In this document: positions 29,623 to 39,161 of the stretch, in pieces
Layout of the letters: every line of letters begins with the position of its first letter
Position numbering within the stretch: position 1 is the first letter of the stretch
Assembly: GCA_963726455.1 (NCBI GenBank)
Contig: CAVSCK010000005.1
Coordinates: 544,001-608,000, forward strand
Reading direction: 5' to 3'
DNA from: an uncultured bacterium
GTDB lineage: Bacteria; Zixibacteria; MSB-5A5; CAIYYT01
Length of the DNA stretch: 64,000 nt
The notes under the pieces: generated by a model
The model's database searches: none
Told to the model about the DNA's origin: nothing
What the model saw: the letters and a program-made list of their open reading frames with translations, nothing else
Translations under genes and position numbers: made by a program

Positions 29623-31125
29623 ATGTCTAAACGTTGCTTCTCATGGGGAATGTTCTCATCAGCCCCACCGGTCGTTCTTGTGATGCTAGTCGCGCTTTTG
29701 ATTGGAATTGCGCCCAGCCTCAGTCTTGCCGCCGATACGAACGTGCGCATTCCGGAGGTCTCTAACGCTTACCTTCAGAATAATGTTTATGTCGACGTGA
29801 CCCTCGACAATTCTGCGAGTCAGCGTAACTTCGGCGGCTTTGACTTGCTGATTGCCTACGACGCCAACGCCCTTACGTTCAGCAGCGCCACTGCCGGCGA
29901 TCTGCTCCTCCACTGCGGTTGGGAGTATTTCAACTATCGATCAGGCCCGATGGGTGACTGTGGTATACCCTGCCCAAGCGGGTTTGTGCGCATCATAGCC
30001 GTGGGGGATATGGGCGGTGCAAACCCCCACCCGAGCTGCTATCTACAAGGTCAGAGCGGCGTCATTGCCCATTTGAACTTCACGATTACTTCGGACCCGG
30101 CCTTTCTGGGCCACTTTACCCCGCTCTCTTTTTACTGGCTTGAATGTTCGCATAACGCCCTCTGTTCTATCTTCGGCGATACCCTTTATGCCGATCGACA
30201 GGTTTTTGACTCGCCGGCACACAATAACATAACCGGACAGACCGGCTACGGCGGCTGGCAAGGAATCTACGGCGCCCCCGATTGTCCGAGCTTGTATACG
30301 CCCGGACACGCCCCGGACACGTCATTGGTCTTCTACGATGGTGGCGTCCAGATTTCCCCATACTATTCAGTGGACATGCGTGGTGACATCAATCGCAACG
30401 GCATCCCGAACGAAGTATCCGATCTCGAGATGTTGTGTAACTACCTCTTCCACGGAATCAGTGCCTTCCCGGTGGGATTCTCTGGGCAGTCTTTAGCCGC
30501 GTCGGACGTGAATAATGACGGGCGGCCCGGCTCATACTTGGACGCCGCTTACCTTATGCGGATCGTCTACGGCGATGCCGTTGCCTATCCGAAGCAGCGC
30601 ACTAACGCCGCCGTTGACGCCTACTTTCATCAGGACACGACTACTCACTCCGTGGAAGTGACTTTTGCCGGTGATCTTGCCGGCGCCTATCTCGTTATGT
30701 CGGGTGAAATCACTCCCTCGTACGCGATCCCCGCGGGCTTCAAGCAGGAAACTTTCTTTGATGGGCATTCGACGAAGATCCTGATTCTGGGCGATCCAGA
30801 TCACAGATATGCCAGTGGAACCTGGTTTACTTACCAGGGTACGGGAACACTTTTGTACGCCGAAACCGCCGACTGGAATGACGATTATATCGTCAGCCAC
30901 ATCGATGCTCCCGCGGCAATCTGCGGCGACTTCAACGGCTCGGGCGATATCGACATTTCGGATGCCGTCCAAGGTATTGCCTACATCTTCTCAGGGGGAA
31001 CCCCGCCGCTTGATGGTCACTTCGGTGATGCTAACTGCGACAACATTTACACGATCAGCGACGTGGTCTACTTGTTGCAATATATCTTTGCCAACGGCCC
31101 CGCGCCATGTGCCACCTGTAAGTAG
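29623..31125 (+). CDS. Secreted cohesin-like plus dockerin-like protein
   Basis: GGFDLLIAYD..ALTF cohesin-like start; GDINRNG...SDVNNDG and GDFNGSGDIDISDAV...GDANCDNIYTISDVVYLLQYIF dockerin repeats. Confidence 0.8.
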   Translation: MSKRCFSWGMFSSAPPVVLVMLVALLIGIAPSLSLAADTNVRIPEVSNAYLQNNVYVDVTLDNSASQRNFGGFDLLIAYDANALTFSSATAGDLLLHCGWEYFNYRSGPMGDCGIPCPSGFVRIIAVGDMGGANPHPSCYLQGQSGVIAHLNFTITSDPAFLGHFTPLSFYWLECSHNALCSIFGDTLYADRQVFDSPAHNNITGQTGYGGWQGIYGAPDCPSLYTPGHAPDTSLVFYDGGVQISPYYSVDMRGDINRNGIPNEVSDLEMLCNYLFHGISAFPVGFSGQSLAASDVNNDGRPGSYLDAAYLMRIVYGDAVAYPKQRTNAAVDAYFHQDTTTHSVEVTFAGDLAGAYLVMSGEITPSYAIPAGFKQETFFDGHSTKILILGDPDHRYASGTWFTYQGTGTLLYAETADWNDDYIVSHIDAPAAICGDFNGSGDIDISDAVQGIAYIFSGGTPPLDGHFGDANCDNIYTISDVVYLLQYIFANGPAPCATCK

Positions 31126-31158
31126 TCTGCCCTTAGTGGTTTGATTGGATTCTTGGAG

Positions 31159-31188
31159 AGACCCGGTCGCCTTGCGGCTGGGTCTTTT
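31159..31188. terminator. Hairpin between convergent genes
   Basis: AGACCCGGTCGC-CTT-GCGGCTGGGTCT then TTT. Confidence 0.55.
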
Positions 31189-31193
31189 CATTG

Positions 31194-31898
31194 CTACTTG
31201 TTGTGGTCGGCGAGTGGCTTGTTCTCGAATTTGCGGCCGCAGAAGATAACCGTAGGCGTGATTTGTATTCGATACACCGCCCGCGCATTCGCCACGATCG
31301 GCTCGGAAGTGAGGAACTTCCACTCCGCCGGGAACAGGCCGTCCAGAGTCTGAACCGCCGATACAAAACCGGAGGGTCCCCCATTCAACGCATAATCAGG
31401 AATCTGACCGGTCGAACCGCTTCTGTCTGCCAGCGAGTCGCGAAAGTATATCCCGTTGATGTGATAACAATCCATCAGCCCCAGCATCCGCCCCAGCTTT
31501 CCCCAGCGCAACACTTCCACACCGATAGTCGCGCTGTCGCCGTCAAGCGGTACCATCTGTTCCGTCAATTGGTGGTTCTGATCAGTCGACTGCAATATCA
31601 TCCGCGGTGTGCGATACTCCTCGTCCAGAAAAGATATTCGCATTTCCGGAACCGATTCGTCGAACGGAATGAATTTCTCGATTTCACCGTAGAACCAGAA
31701 ACAGACTTGTGAGGCAACGATCAGCGCAATACCGGTTCCGGCCAGCATCATGTCACGATAGCCACCTTTTGCGCGGTAGTATACAGAAGTGCTGGCGCTG
31801 GTGCCCAGCCGTCTCGTGATCGAGACGAACACCAGAATCAAGCAGGTCAAGCCCGCAAAGAACAGAACTGTTCCGCCGAGGAGGGAAAAAGCACCCAA
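31194..31898 (-). CDS. Hypothetical membrane protein
   Basis: TTG start after AGAGG, two N-terminal TM segments. Confidence 0.65.
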   Translation of the reverse strand: MGAFSLLGGTVLFFAGLTCLILVFVSITRRLGTSASTSVYYRAKGGYRDMMLAGTGIALIVASQVCFWFYGEIEKFIPFDESVPEMRISFLDEEYRTPRMILQSTDQNHQLTEQMVPLDGDSATIGVEVLRWGKLGRMLGLMDCYHINGIYFRDSLADRSGSTGQIPDYALNGGPSGFVSAVQTLDGLFPAEWKFLTSEPIVANARAVYRIQITPTVIFCGRKFENKPLADHNK

Positions 31899-31944
31899 AG
31901 TCCGTCCTCTTTAATGAAGTTTAAGCACTCTAAAATCAAGCTGT

Positions 31945-32043
31945 TGTGGATAACCCTTAAATCAACCTTTTAAGTCCAGGGTTTAACGTTGTGTCACAGA
32001 GTGGCTTGCAAGCATTTCCACAAAGTGACGTCAGTTGTCCACA
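31945..32043. promoter_or_regulatory. Second DnaA-box cluster
   Basis: TGTGGATAA(31945, perfect), ATTTCCACA(32014), TTGTCCACA(32035) in an AT-rich intergenic segment. Confidence 0.6.
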
Positions 32044-32068
32044 CCAGTATGCCCGTATCCGAGCGGTC

Positions 32069-32446
32069 TCAGGACACCGGCTTTCTCTCATTGACTTTAT
32101 CGGCTCTTACTTCCCCCTCTTTTACTCCTTTCATCTGGCACGATCCATGAAATATGGCGCCCTGCTCGATAACGATATTCTTGGTGGTTATGTCTCCCAA
32201 TACCTTGGCCTTGGCCTGAAGTTCAATTTTCTCGCTGGTATGAATGTTGCCGATAATTGCTCCCGTGACGATCACGATCTTGGCGTCGATATCGGCCTCG
32301 ACCTCGCCGGTCGCGCCGACGGTCACGGTCTCGTCGCAAATAATCTTGCCCTTGATTCTGCCATCGATTCTTAGCAGACCCTTAACTTCCATGTTGCCGG
32401 TAAAGAGACTGTCTTTGCCGATGATAGTGCTCAGATTCTCCGCCAT
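32069..32446 (-). CDS. Bactofilin (polymer-forming cytoskeletal protein)
   Basis: TIIGKDSLFTGNM...LRIDG...VLGDITTKNIVIEQGAIFHGSCQM. Confidence 0.9.
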   Translation of the reverse strand: MAENLSTIIGKDSLFTGNMEVKGLLRIDGRIKGKIICDETVTVGATGEVEADIDAKIVIVTGAIIGNIHTSEKIELQAKAKVLGDITTKNIVIEQGAIFHGSCQMKGVKEGEVRADKVNERKPVS

Positions 32447-32459
32447 CTCCTGGCCTCCT

Positions 32460-33251
32460 CTATTTACGCTTGTCTAAGTAATCCTCTGGATTAACTGCCA
32501 CGCCGTCTTTTCTGATTTCATAGTGCACGTGTGGCGCCGTGCTCGATCCGGTATTTCCCGAAACTGCAATCGTCTCGCCAAATTTCGCAACATCGCCCGC
32601 GTGCACCAAGAGCGAGTCGTTGTGGCCGTACATCGTTTCCAATCCGTCGGCATGCTTGAGAATAACTTCCCAGCCGAAGGTCGAATCCCAACCCGCGAAA
32701 CTCACCACCCCGTCGGCAGTAGCAATCACCGGCGTGCCGACTCCCACCGCCAGATCAATTCCGAAATGCCTGACCCTCGGGTTCGCGTCGTCGGGCTGAT
32801 ATGATCGCGAAAGGTATCCCTTGACCGGATAGCCCAGCGGCAGCGGATGCGGCTGCGCATCGCTCACTTCAGCGTTGTTGACCTGTGGCTCAGTACCGGC
32901 GGCAACTGCACTGCTGTCGATCATCGACATGCCCACGGCGTCCAGATCGATTCCGGCCAGTAACGTCATCTTCTTGAGCATTGTGCGGTAGGTTTCCAGA
33001 TTCTTTTCCAACTGGTCAACCTTGGTGGTATACCGTTTCATTTGCTCCACTTCCGCAGCCAGTCGGTCCCGGTCCAGCGATTTGGTCAAGAGTGTACCGT
33101 ATGAAATGATACCGATAATCGTCGCCAAGAGCGCCAAGGCGGCGACACCGAGAGCGATCTTGAATGTCAGATGCGAAAACTTGATCGACACTGGGCTCTT
33201 GCCGCTGTCGGAAATGATCATCACTGTTACATGACCGGAATTGGTCCACAT
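32460..33251 (-). CDS. M23 family peptidase
   Basis: HFGIDL, TMYGH, GNTGSSTAPHVHYEI; N-terminal TM and coiled coil. Confidence 0.9.
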   Translation of the reverse strand: MWTNSGHVTVMIISDSGKSPVSIKFSHLTFKIALGVAALALLATIIGIISYGTLLTKSLDRDRLAAEVEQMKRYTTKVDQLEKNLETYRTMLKKMTLLAGIDLDAVGMSMIDSSAVAAGTEPQVNNAEVSDAQPHPLPLGYPVKGYLSRSYQPDDANPRVRHFGIDLAVGVGTPVIATADGVVSFAGWDSTFGWEVILKHADGLETMYGHNDSLLVHAGDVAKFGETIAVSGNTGSSTAPHVHYEIRKDGVAVNPEDYLDKRK

Positions 33252-34105
33252 TAAATGACAACTCCCAAAAGCTCAAGAATACGCGTCAGATCCTCGTCGC
33301 CGTAAAACTGAATCGTGATCTTCCCTTTTTTCAGTCCGCGGCTGATCATCACGTTCGTGCCCAGCTTCTGTTTGAGCGCTGTCTCAGCCGTGGCAATTTC
33401 GATCGGCCGCGATTTGATCTTCAGGCTCTTGCCGCGCCGGCGCTTCCTGGGACCGTAAATGATTTCTTCGATCGCGCGCACGGATAAATCCTCTTCCAGA
33501 ATCCGCCGCGCCAATAACAACTGTTCTTTTTCGGATTGCAGCGCCAGAATCGCGCGCGCGTGTCCCTCACGCAGTTTGCCCTGGGCGATCTTGTCCTTGA
33601 TTTCCTCCGGAAGCTGCAGCAGCCGCAGCGTGTTCGCAATGGACGAGCGGTCTTTACCGATACGTCCCGCCAGCTCCTGCTGTGACACGCCGAACTCGGA
33701 CAACAGGCGATTGTAGCCGTGCGCCAATTCCAGCGGATTCAAATCGTCGCGCTGCAAATTCTCGATAATGGATACTTCGAGCACTTCTCGGTCATTGAGA
33801 TCACCGACGATCATTGCCGGCACTTGCTCCATCCCGATCTTCTCGGCGGCGCGAAAACGCCGCTCACCCGCGACGATCTCATATTTCCCGTTGGATTTGC
33901 GCACCAGAATCGGTTGCAGCACACCCTTCTGCGCTATCGAATCGGCCAGCTCGGAAAGCTTTTGGTCCTCGAAAAACTTGCGCGGCTGATTGTGGCTCGG
34001 TACGATCTCCTGCAGATTCAGCATCACGAAATTCTTGCCCGGTCGGCTTTCAGGAGCGTCGGGAATCAATGCCGACAGCCCTTTGCCAAGTGCCATCTTC
34101 TTCAT
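33251..34105 (-). CDS. parB: Chromosome partitioning protein ParB
   Basis: LGKGLSALI, QPRK.F, IVAGERRFRA, IENLQRDDLNPLE. Confidence 0.95.
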   Translation of the reverse strand: MKKMALGKGLSALIPDAPESRPGKNFVMLNLQEIVPSHNQPRKFFEDQKLSELADSIAQKGVLQPILVRKSNGKYEIVAGERRFRAAEKIGMEQVPAMIVGDLNDREVLEVSIIENLQRDDLNPLELAHGYNRLLSEFGVSQQELAGRIGKDRSSIANTLRLLQLPEEIKDKIAQGKLREGHARAILALQSEKEQLLLARRILEEDLSVRAIEEIIYGPRKRRRGKSLKIKSRPIEIATAETALKQKLGTNVMISRGLKKGKITIQFYGDEDLTRILELLGVVI

Positions 34106-34860
34106 AATCTCAATACCTCCTCCGTCAGAGAGATATAATTCTCCGCGCCGGATGATCCAATGTCGTACAGAATGATCGGCTTGCCGTGCGAGGGCGCCTC
34201 GCCGAGCCGGACATTGCGGTTTATCACCGTGCTGAATACTTTGCCCTTGAAATAAGACCGGGCTTCTTCAACCACCTGCCGCGCCAGGTTCAGGCGCGGA
34301 TCGTACATGGTGATAAGAATTCCACCGATATCCAGTTTCGGATTCAGCCCGTTCTGTACCAGTTGCACGGTCTTCATCAACTGCCCCAGTCCCTCCAGTG
34401 CGTAATACTCCGCCTGCACCGGTACCAGCAGCAGATCTCCGGCGACCAGTCCGTTCAATGTCAGTAAACCCAGTGATGGTGGACAGTCGATGACGATGTA
34501 ATCATAATAATCGCGCACTACCGCCAGTCGATCCCGCAGAACCGTTTCGCGATCGGTGCGCTCGACCAACTGGAGTTCGGCTTCAACCAGATTGATGTTG
34601 GCTGGAATCATGTCGAGATGCTTGATGTTAGTGCGCACTATCAATTCCTCGGTCGGGCGCGAATCAAGCAGGAGATCATAGCTCGATGATGGCAAGTTAT
34701 TCTTGTCGAAGCCCATTCCCGAGGTTGCATTGGACTGCGGATCCAAGTCTATGAGCAGCGTCGATTTTTCGGCAATAGCAATACAAGCGGACAGATTGAT
34801 CGCCGTGGTGGTTTTGCCGACGCCACCCTTTTGATTCGCTATCGTGAAGACCTTAGCCAG
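34102..34860 (-). CDS. parA: Chromosome partitioning ATPase ParA/Soj
   Basis: ANQKGGVGKTTT, DLDPQSNAT, IDCPPSLG, RNVRLGEAPSHG; AGGAGG precedes CTG at 34860. Confidence 0.95.
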   Translation of the reverse strand: MAKVFTIANQKGGVGKTTTAINLSACIAIAEKSTLLIDLDPQSNATSGMGFDKNNLPSSSYDLLLDSRPTEELIVRTNIKHLDMIPANINLVEAELQLVERTDRETVLRDRLAVVRDYYDYIVIDCPPSLGLLTLNGLVAGDLLLVPVQAEYYALEGLGQLMKTVQLVQNGLNPKLDIGGILITMYDPRLNLARQVVEEARSYFKGKVFSTVINRNVRLGEAPSHGKPIILYDIGSSGAENYISLTEEVLRL

Positions 34861-35012
34861 CTTCGACCTCCTAGTACTCTCTCCAGACTTGAAGGTGATA
34901 TTAAGCATCAGGCACCCGATTCAGCAAGTAAAAACTCACACTCCCACATGATTTTTTCGCAGTTGGCAGTTGTGGCGAACCCGGGTTATCGGAGGTTGCA
35001 CAATGAAGCAGT

Positions 35013-35645
35013 TTACCGACGCGTCAAAATCAGAAGTTTCGCCAGGCGCGGACCGACTTCGTAGAGGGTTTCGCTTTCTATTTCGAAGCCGAGATCATGG
35101 ATGCCGGCTGGATCCAGAATCTCTTCTGCTGATCGTGGCAGCAGCAGTCTGGAGGATTGCTTCAGATGCGGTGCTGACAATTTGCAGATCAAATCCACGG
35201 TACCAAAGGCCTTGGCGATGCAATAATCAGCCGACAGACTCGGAAGTGATTCGATTCGCGCCGCGTGGAACTCGCAGGAAGCGAATTCGAGCAATGATGA
35301 CGCTGCGCGCTGGAATTCGATCTTGCGCTGATTCGAATCTACCGAAACGATCTGTAGATCGGGACGCACAATCTTGTGCACGATCCAGGGAAAACCTGCG
35401 CCAGAGCCAATATCCAGCAGCTTCGCGCTGTTGGCATAGTCAATCAGTTTAAGCACTGCCAGCGAGTCTGCGATCAGGTCGTCGACAACTAGCGCGGAAT
35501 CGCGGCGCGACACCAGATTGACTCGCTGGTTTATTTTGAGCAGATACGAGGTGAACTGTCTGAGTCTGTACTCCACGTCCGACGCGCCGGCCGGCAGCAG
35601 TGTACGTAGGATGTCCTGGTACGAAGGTCGAGATGGCGTGGTCAT
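35013..35645 (-). CDS. rsmG: 16S rRNA m7G527 methyltransferase RsmG
   Basis: LLDIGSGAGFP, DSNQRK..F; located between mnmG and parA. Confidence 0.88.
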   Translation of the reverse strand: MTTPSRPSYQDILRTLLPAGASDVEYRLRQFTSYLLKINQRVNLVSRRDSALVVDDLIADSLAVLKLIDYANSAKLLDIGSGAGFPWIVHKIVRPDLQIVSVDSNQRKIEFQRAASSLLEFASCEFHAARIESLPSLSADYCIAKAFGTVDLICKLSAPHLKQSSRLLLPRSAEEILDPAGIHDLGFEIESETLYEVGPRLAKLLILTRR

Positions 35646-37501
35646 GTTTCACGTGAAACAGATCGGGTGTCATGTCTCTTCAGGTGGACCATCAAGACCG
35701 TGATGTCAGAGTAGGTCACACCGGCCAATCGCGATGCCTGCCCAAGGTTTATCGGCTTAAAGCGGTGCAATACGCCGACCGCCTCGGTCTTAAGTCCGCT
35801 CACCGTTCTGACATCGAAGGTCTCCGGGATCATCTTGGATTCCAACTGTTTGAAGCGTTCAATTTCCCGCTGCTGTTTGTCAAGATAACCCTCATACTTG
35901 ATTTCGATTTCCACCTGCTCGGCGCAGCCGACTGGATAAGAGCGGGAAGTGTCATCAACGCCCGCAAAATCACAATAGTGAACTTGTGGTCGTTTCAGCA
36001 GTTGCGAAAGAGGCAGCTTATCAGTATTGACTGCACTTAAGTCAACTTGCGATATCAGTACGGAAGTACTTCCGAGCCGCAGTTTCTCGGCGTCAATCAG
36101 CGCGCGCCGTTGCAGATAAGTATCGTAAGTGGCATCATCAACCAGGCCGAACTTCCTCCCGTAGGCAATCAGTCGATCAGCGGCGTTATCCTCCCTTAGT
36201 GCAAGACGATACTCGGCTCGCGAGGTGAACATGCGATACGGCTCAGTAGGTACGCGTATCACCAGATCGTCAATCATCACACCGATATAGGCCTCGGAGC
36301 GATCGAGATAGAACGGTTCCTGGTGCATGACTTTCAAGCCCGCGTTGATGCCGGCCATCAGCCCCTGCGCAGCGGCTTCCTCGTAACCGGAAGTGCCGTT
36401 GATCTGGCCGGCGAAAAAGAGATTCTCGACAACTCGCGTTTCGAGTGATGGTTTGACCTGATAGGCAGGGAAGAAATCGTACTCGATGGCGTAACCGGGG
36501 CGGTTCATCACAACTTGCTCAAGGCCTGGAATCGAATGCAGAACATCAAGTTGCACGTCTTCAGGCAGTGAGGTCGACAAACCATTGATATAGATTTCAT
36601 TGGTATCAAGCCCTTCCGGTTCAAGAAACAACTGATGGCGTTCTTTGTCGCGGAAGCGATTGATCTTGTCCTCGATCGACGGACAGTAGCGCGGACCAAT
36701 GCCTTTGATATTGCCTGAGAACATCGCAGAGCGATGCAGGTTCTGTTCTACCAGCTCGCGAGTCTGTTGAGAGGTGTAGGTTATATGGCACAAGGCCTTG
36801 TTAGTCAGTTTGTTGCGTGTCTTATACGAGAATGGTCGGAAGGTGTCATCGCCGGGCTGTTTTTCGAGCCGGTCGAAATCAATCGTGCTGCCATCCAGGC
36901 GCGGCGGTGTCCCAGTTTTGAGGCGGCCGGCTTGGAAGCCCAATTTCTGTAAGGACTCTGATAGATCGAGCGACGGCGACTCGTTAACTCTCCCAGCCGG
37001 AGTCTGTTTGTCGCCAATATGGATGAGTCCATTCAGAAAAGTTCCCGATGCCAGCACGCAGGCACTGGCTGATATCGTACTGTCGTCCATCATGATAACG
37101 CTATTGAATACGCCGATTGCGGCCGTTATTTCTCTGACCATACCTGCGACAATAGAGAGATTCGGAATTTCCGACAGCACTTTCTGAGCGAACTGGCGGT
37201 AGAGTTTGCGATCGGTTTGGACGCGGGAGGACCAGACTGCCGGGCCTTTACTCTTGTTAAGCGTGCGGAAATGGATGCCGGTGTTGTCGGTGATATATCC
37301 CATGACACCGCCGAGAGCGTCGATTTCTCGCACCAGTTGGCCCTTGCCGACGCCGCCGATCGCGGGATTGCAGGACATCTCTCCGATTTTGGCGGGATCC
37401 CCGGTTATCAGCGCAGTCGACAAACCCATACGGGCGCTGGCGACAGCGGCCTCGATACCGGCATGGCCACCACCGATCACTATGACATCATAATTCGCCA
37501 T
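35642..37501 (-). CDS. mnmG: tRNA uridine 5-carboxymethylaminomethyl modification enzyme MnmG
   Basis: VIGGGHAGIEAA, MSCNPAIGG, LKTGTPPR, GPRYCPSIEDK, AGQINGTSGYEEAAAQG. Confidence 0.97.
   Translation of the reverse strand: MANYDVIVIGGGHAGIEAAVASARMGLSTALITGDPAKIGEMSCNPAIGGVGKGQLVREIDALGGVMGYITDNTGIHFRTLNKSKGPAVWSSRVQTDRKLYRQFAQKVLSEIPNLSIVAGMVREITAAIGVFNSVIMMDDSTISASACVLASGTFLNGLIHIGDKQTPAGRVNESPSLDLSESLQKLGFQAGRLKTGTPPRLDGSTIDFDRLEKQPGDDTFRPFSYKTRNKLTNKALCHITYTSQQTRELVEQNLHRSAMFSGNIKGIGPRYCPSIEDKINRFRDKERHQLFLEPEGLDTNEIYINGLSTSLPEDVQLDVLHSIPGLEQVVMNRPGYAIEYDFFPAYQVKPSLETRVVENLFFAGQINGTSGYEEAAAQGLMAGINAGLKVMHQEPFYLDRSEAYIGVMIDDLVIRVPTEPYRMFTSRAEYRLALREDNAADRLIAYGRKFGLVDDATYDTYLQRRALIDAEKLRLGSTSVLISQVDLSAVNTDKLPLSQLLKRPQVHYCDFAGVDDTSRSYPVGCAEQVEIEIKYEGYLDKQQREIERFKQLESKMIPETFDVRTVSGLKTEAVGVLHRFKPINLGQASRLAGVTYSDITVLMVHLKRHDTRSVSRET
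35645..35660. other. parS site
   Basis: Perfect TGTTTCACGTGAAACA, encoding VSRET at the mnmG C-terminus and touching the rsmG start codon. Confidence 0.92.
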
Positions 37502-37747
37502 GGCAGGTGGCAATGATACGCTCCGCAGCCAATAAAATCAAGCGGCAAATATGAGAGCCCGCATCGAGTCCGCTGCAGAGGGAGGCAAGAAGATCATACA
37601 GGAATGTTCAACCTACCGGAGATCACTGACGGGAGATGATGAAGCGGAAGCACCCACTCTCGCGAGTGGGATACACCGCGATTCTGAGGTTAATTCAGCG
37701 ATCTAACTATCTTATTTACAGAGTGTAAGGAGAGCTTGAATCGGCAA

Positions 37748-37763
37748 TGTTTCACGTGAAACA
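37748..37763. other. parS site
   Basis: Perfect TGTTTCACGTGAAACA just past the mnmE stop. Confidence 0.92.
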
Positions 37764-37767
37764 GGGG

Positions 37768-39161
37768 CTATTTGCCAATGCAGAAGCGCGAAAAGATCTC
37801 GGAAAGCAGATCCTCAGTGGTGATTTTGCCGAGGATTTCCTCTAGGTGGTTGATGGCCTGGCGAAGGTCGAAGGCGAGGAGTTCGAAACTCTCTCCCCCA
37901 TCCAGTTTCTGGTAGGTTTCGCGTAGTGCGCCTACGGCTTTCTGGGCTGAATCATAGTGGCGCCGATTGGTCAATACGTTATCGCCGGTGGCGGAGCTTG
38001 GCAGCGAATTTCGCAGAATGACGGCGATACTTCGCAATAGTTCATCGACTCCAATCAGCGTCCTGGCGGATACGAATACCGGCGAGAACGATGAAAGTTT
38101 GGATTCCAGTTGCTTTCGTGTCGCGTTGTCGACCAGATCGATCTTGTTAAGAACCAGCATGGCGTCCTTGTCCCTGATACTCGGTCATGGCTGATGTTAC
38201 CGCATCCGCACCGGTTGTCGTGATATCGAATACGCAGATGATCAGGTTGGAAGCGGCGATTTCGCGACGGGAGCGCTCGATGCCGGCGGTTTCGATCGTG
38301 TCTTGCGATTCGCGCAGTCCGGCGGTGTCGATGAATCGCACCGCTAGACCGTCAATTTCGATCTTCTCGGCGATAGTATCTCTGGTGGTGCCGGGAATTT
38401 CCGTGACAATCGCGCGCTCTTCGGCCAAAATCGCGTTGAACAGTGACGATTTGCCGGCGTTGGTTGGACCAACAATTGGTATCTGAACGCCGGAGCGAAT
38501 GATCTCTCCGCGCTGGTAGCTTGACGCCAGGCGCGACAGGGATTCGACGGCGGCCGTCGAGCTTCCGGAGAAGTTCTGCTTTCTGCCGCTGAGGAATGTC
38601 TTCCTCAGGGAAATCTGTGTAGGCCTCGAAGAGCGCGGCAATTTCGACCAACTCGGCGCGCAGGGATTTGACATAGGCGGACAATCGACCCGAGAGCTGA
38701 TAGAGGGCCGCTTGCTGAAAGGATGCGCTTTCGGCAGCGATCAGGTCGGCGACGGACTCGGCCTGGATCAGATCGATTCGACCTGACAGAAATGCCCTCA
38801 GCGTAAACTCGCCGGGAGTGGCATGGCGAGCGCCGTGATCTATGGCAATGGTGACGATCTGTTTGAGAATCTGCGGGTTGCCGTGAGCGGAAATTTCGAC
38901 GACATCCTCACCTGTGTAGCTGTTCGGCGCGAGGAAGATCGAGACCAAGACTTCATCGGCAAGGGAATCGCTGGACCGATCGCGAACGAAGCCGTGATGA
39001 ACAGTGTGCGATAGCATTTTTGGCAAAACGACTTTAGTATCGACTATCGCAGCGGTGACGGCGAGCGCCTGTCTGCCGGAGATGCGGATTACGCCGATAC
39101 CGCCATGGCCGGGCGGAGTCGAGATCGCGACGATGGTGTCGTCGCTGTCGGGGAGCGTCAT
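37768..39161 (-). CDS. mnmE: tRNA modification GTPase MnmE (2 apparent frameshifts)
   Basis: DTIVAISTPPG.GGIGVIRISG, GPTNAGKSSL, PGTTRD, DTAG, NKID, IFSRFCIGK across three ORFs. Confidence 0.93.
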
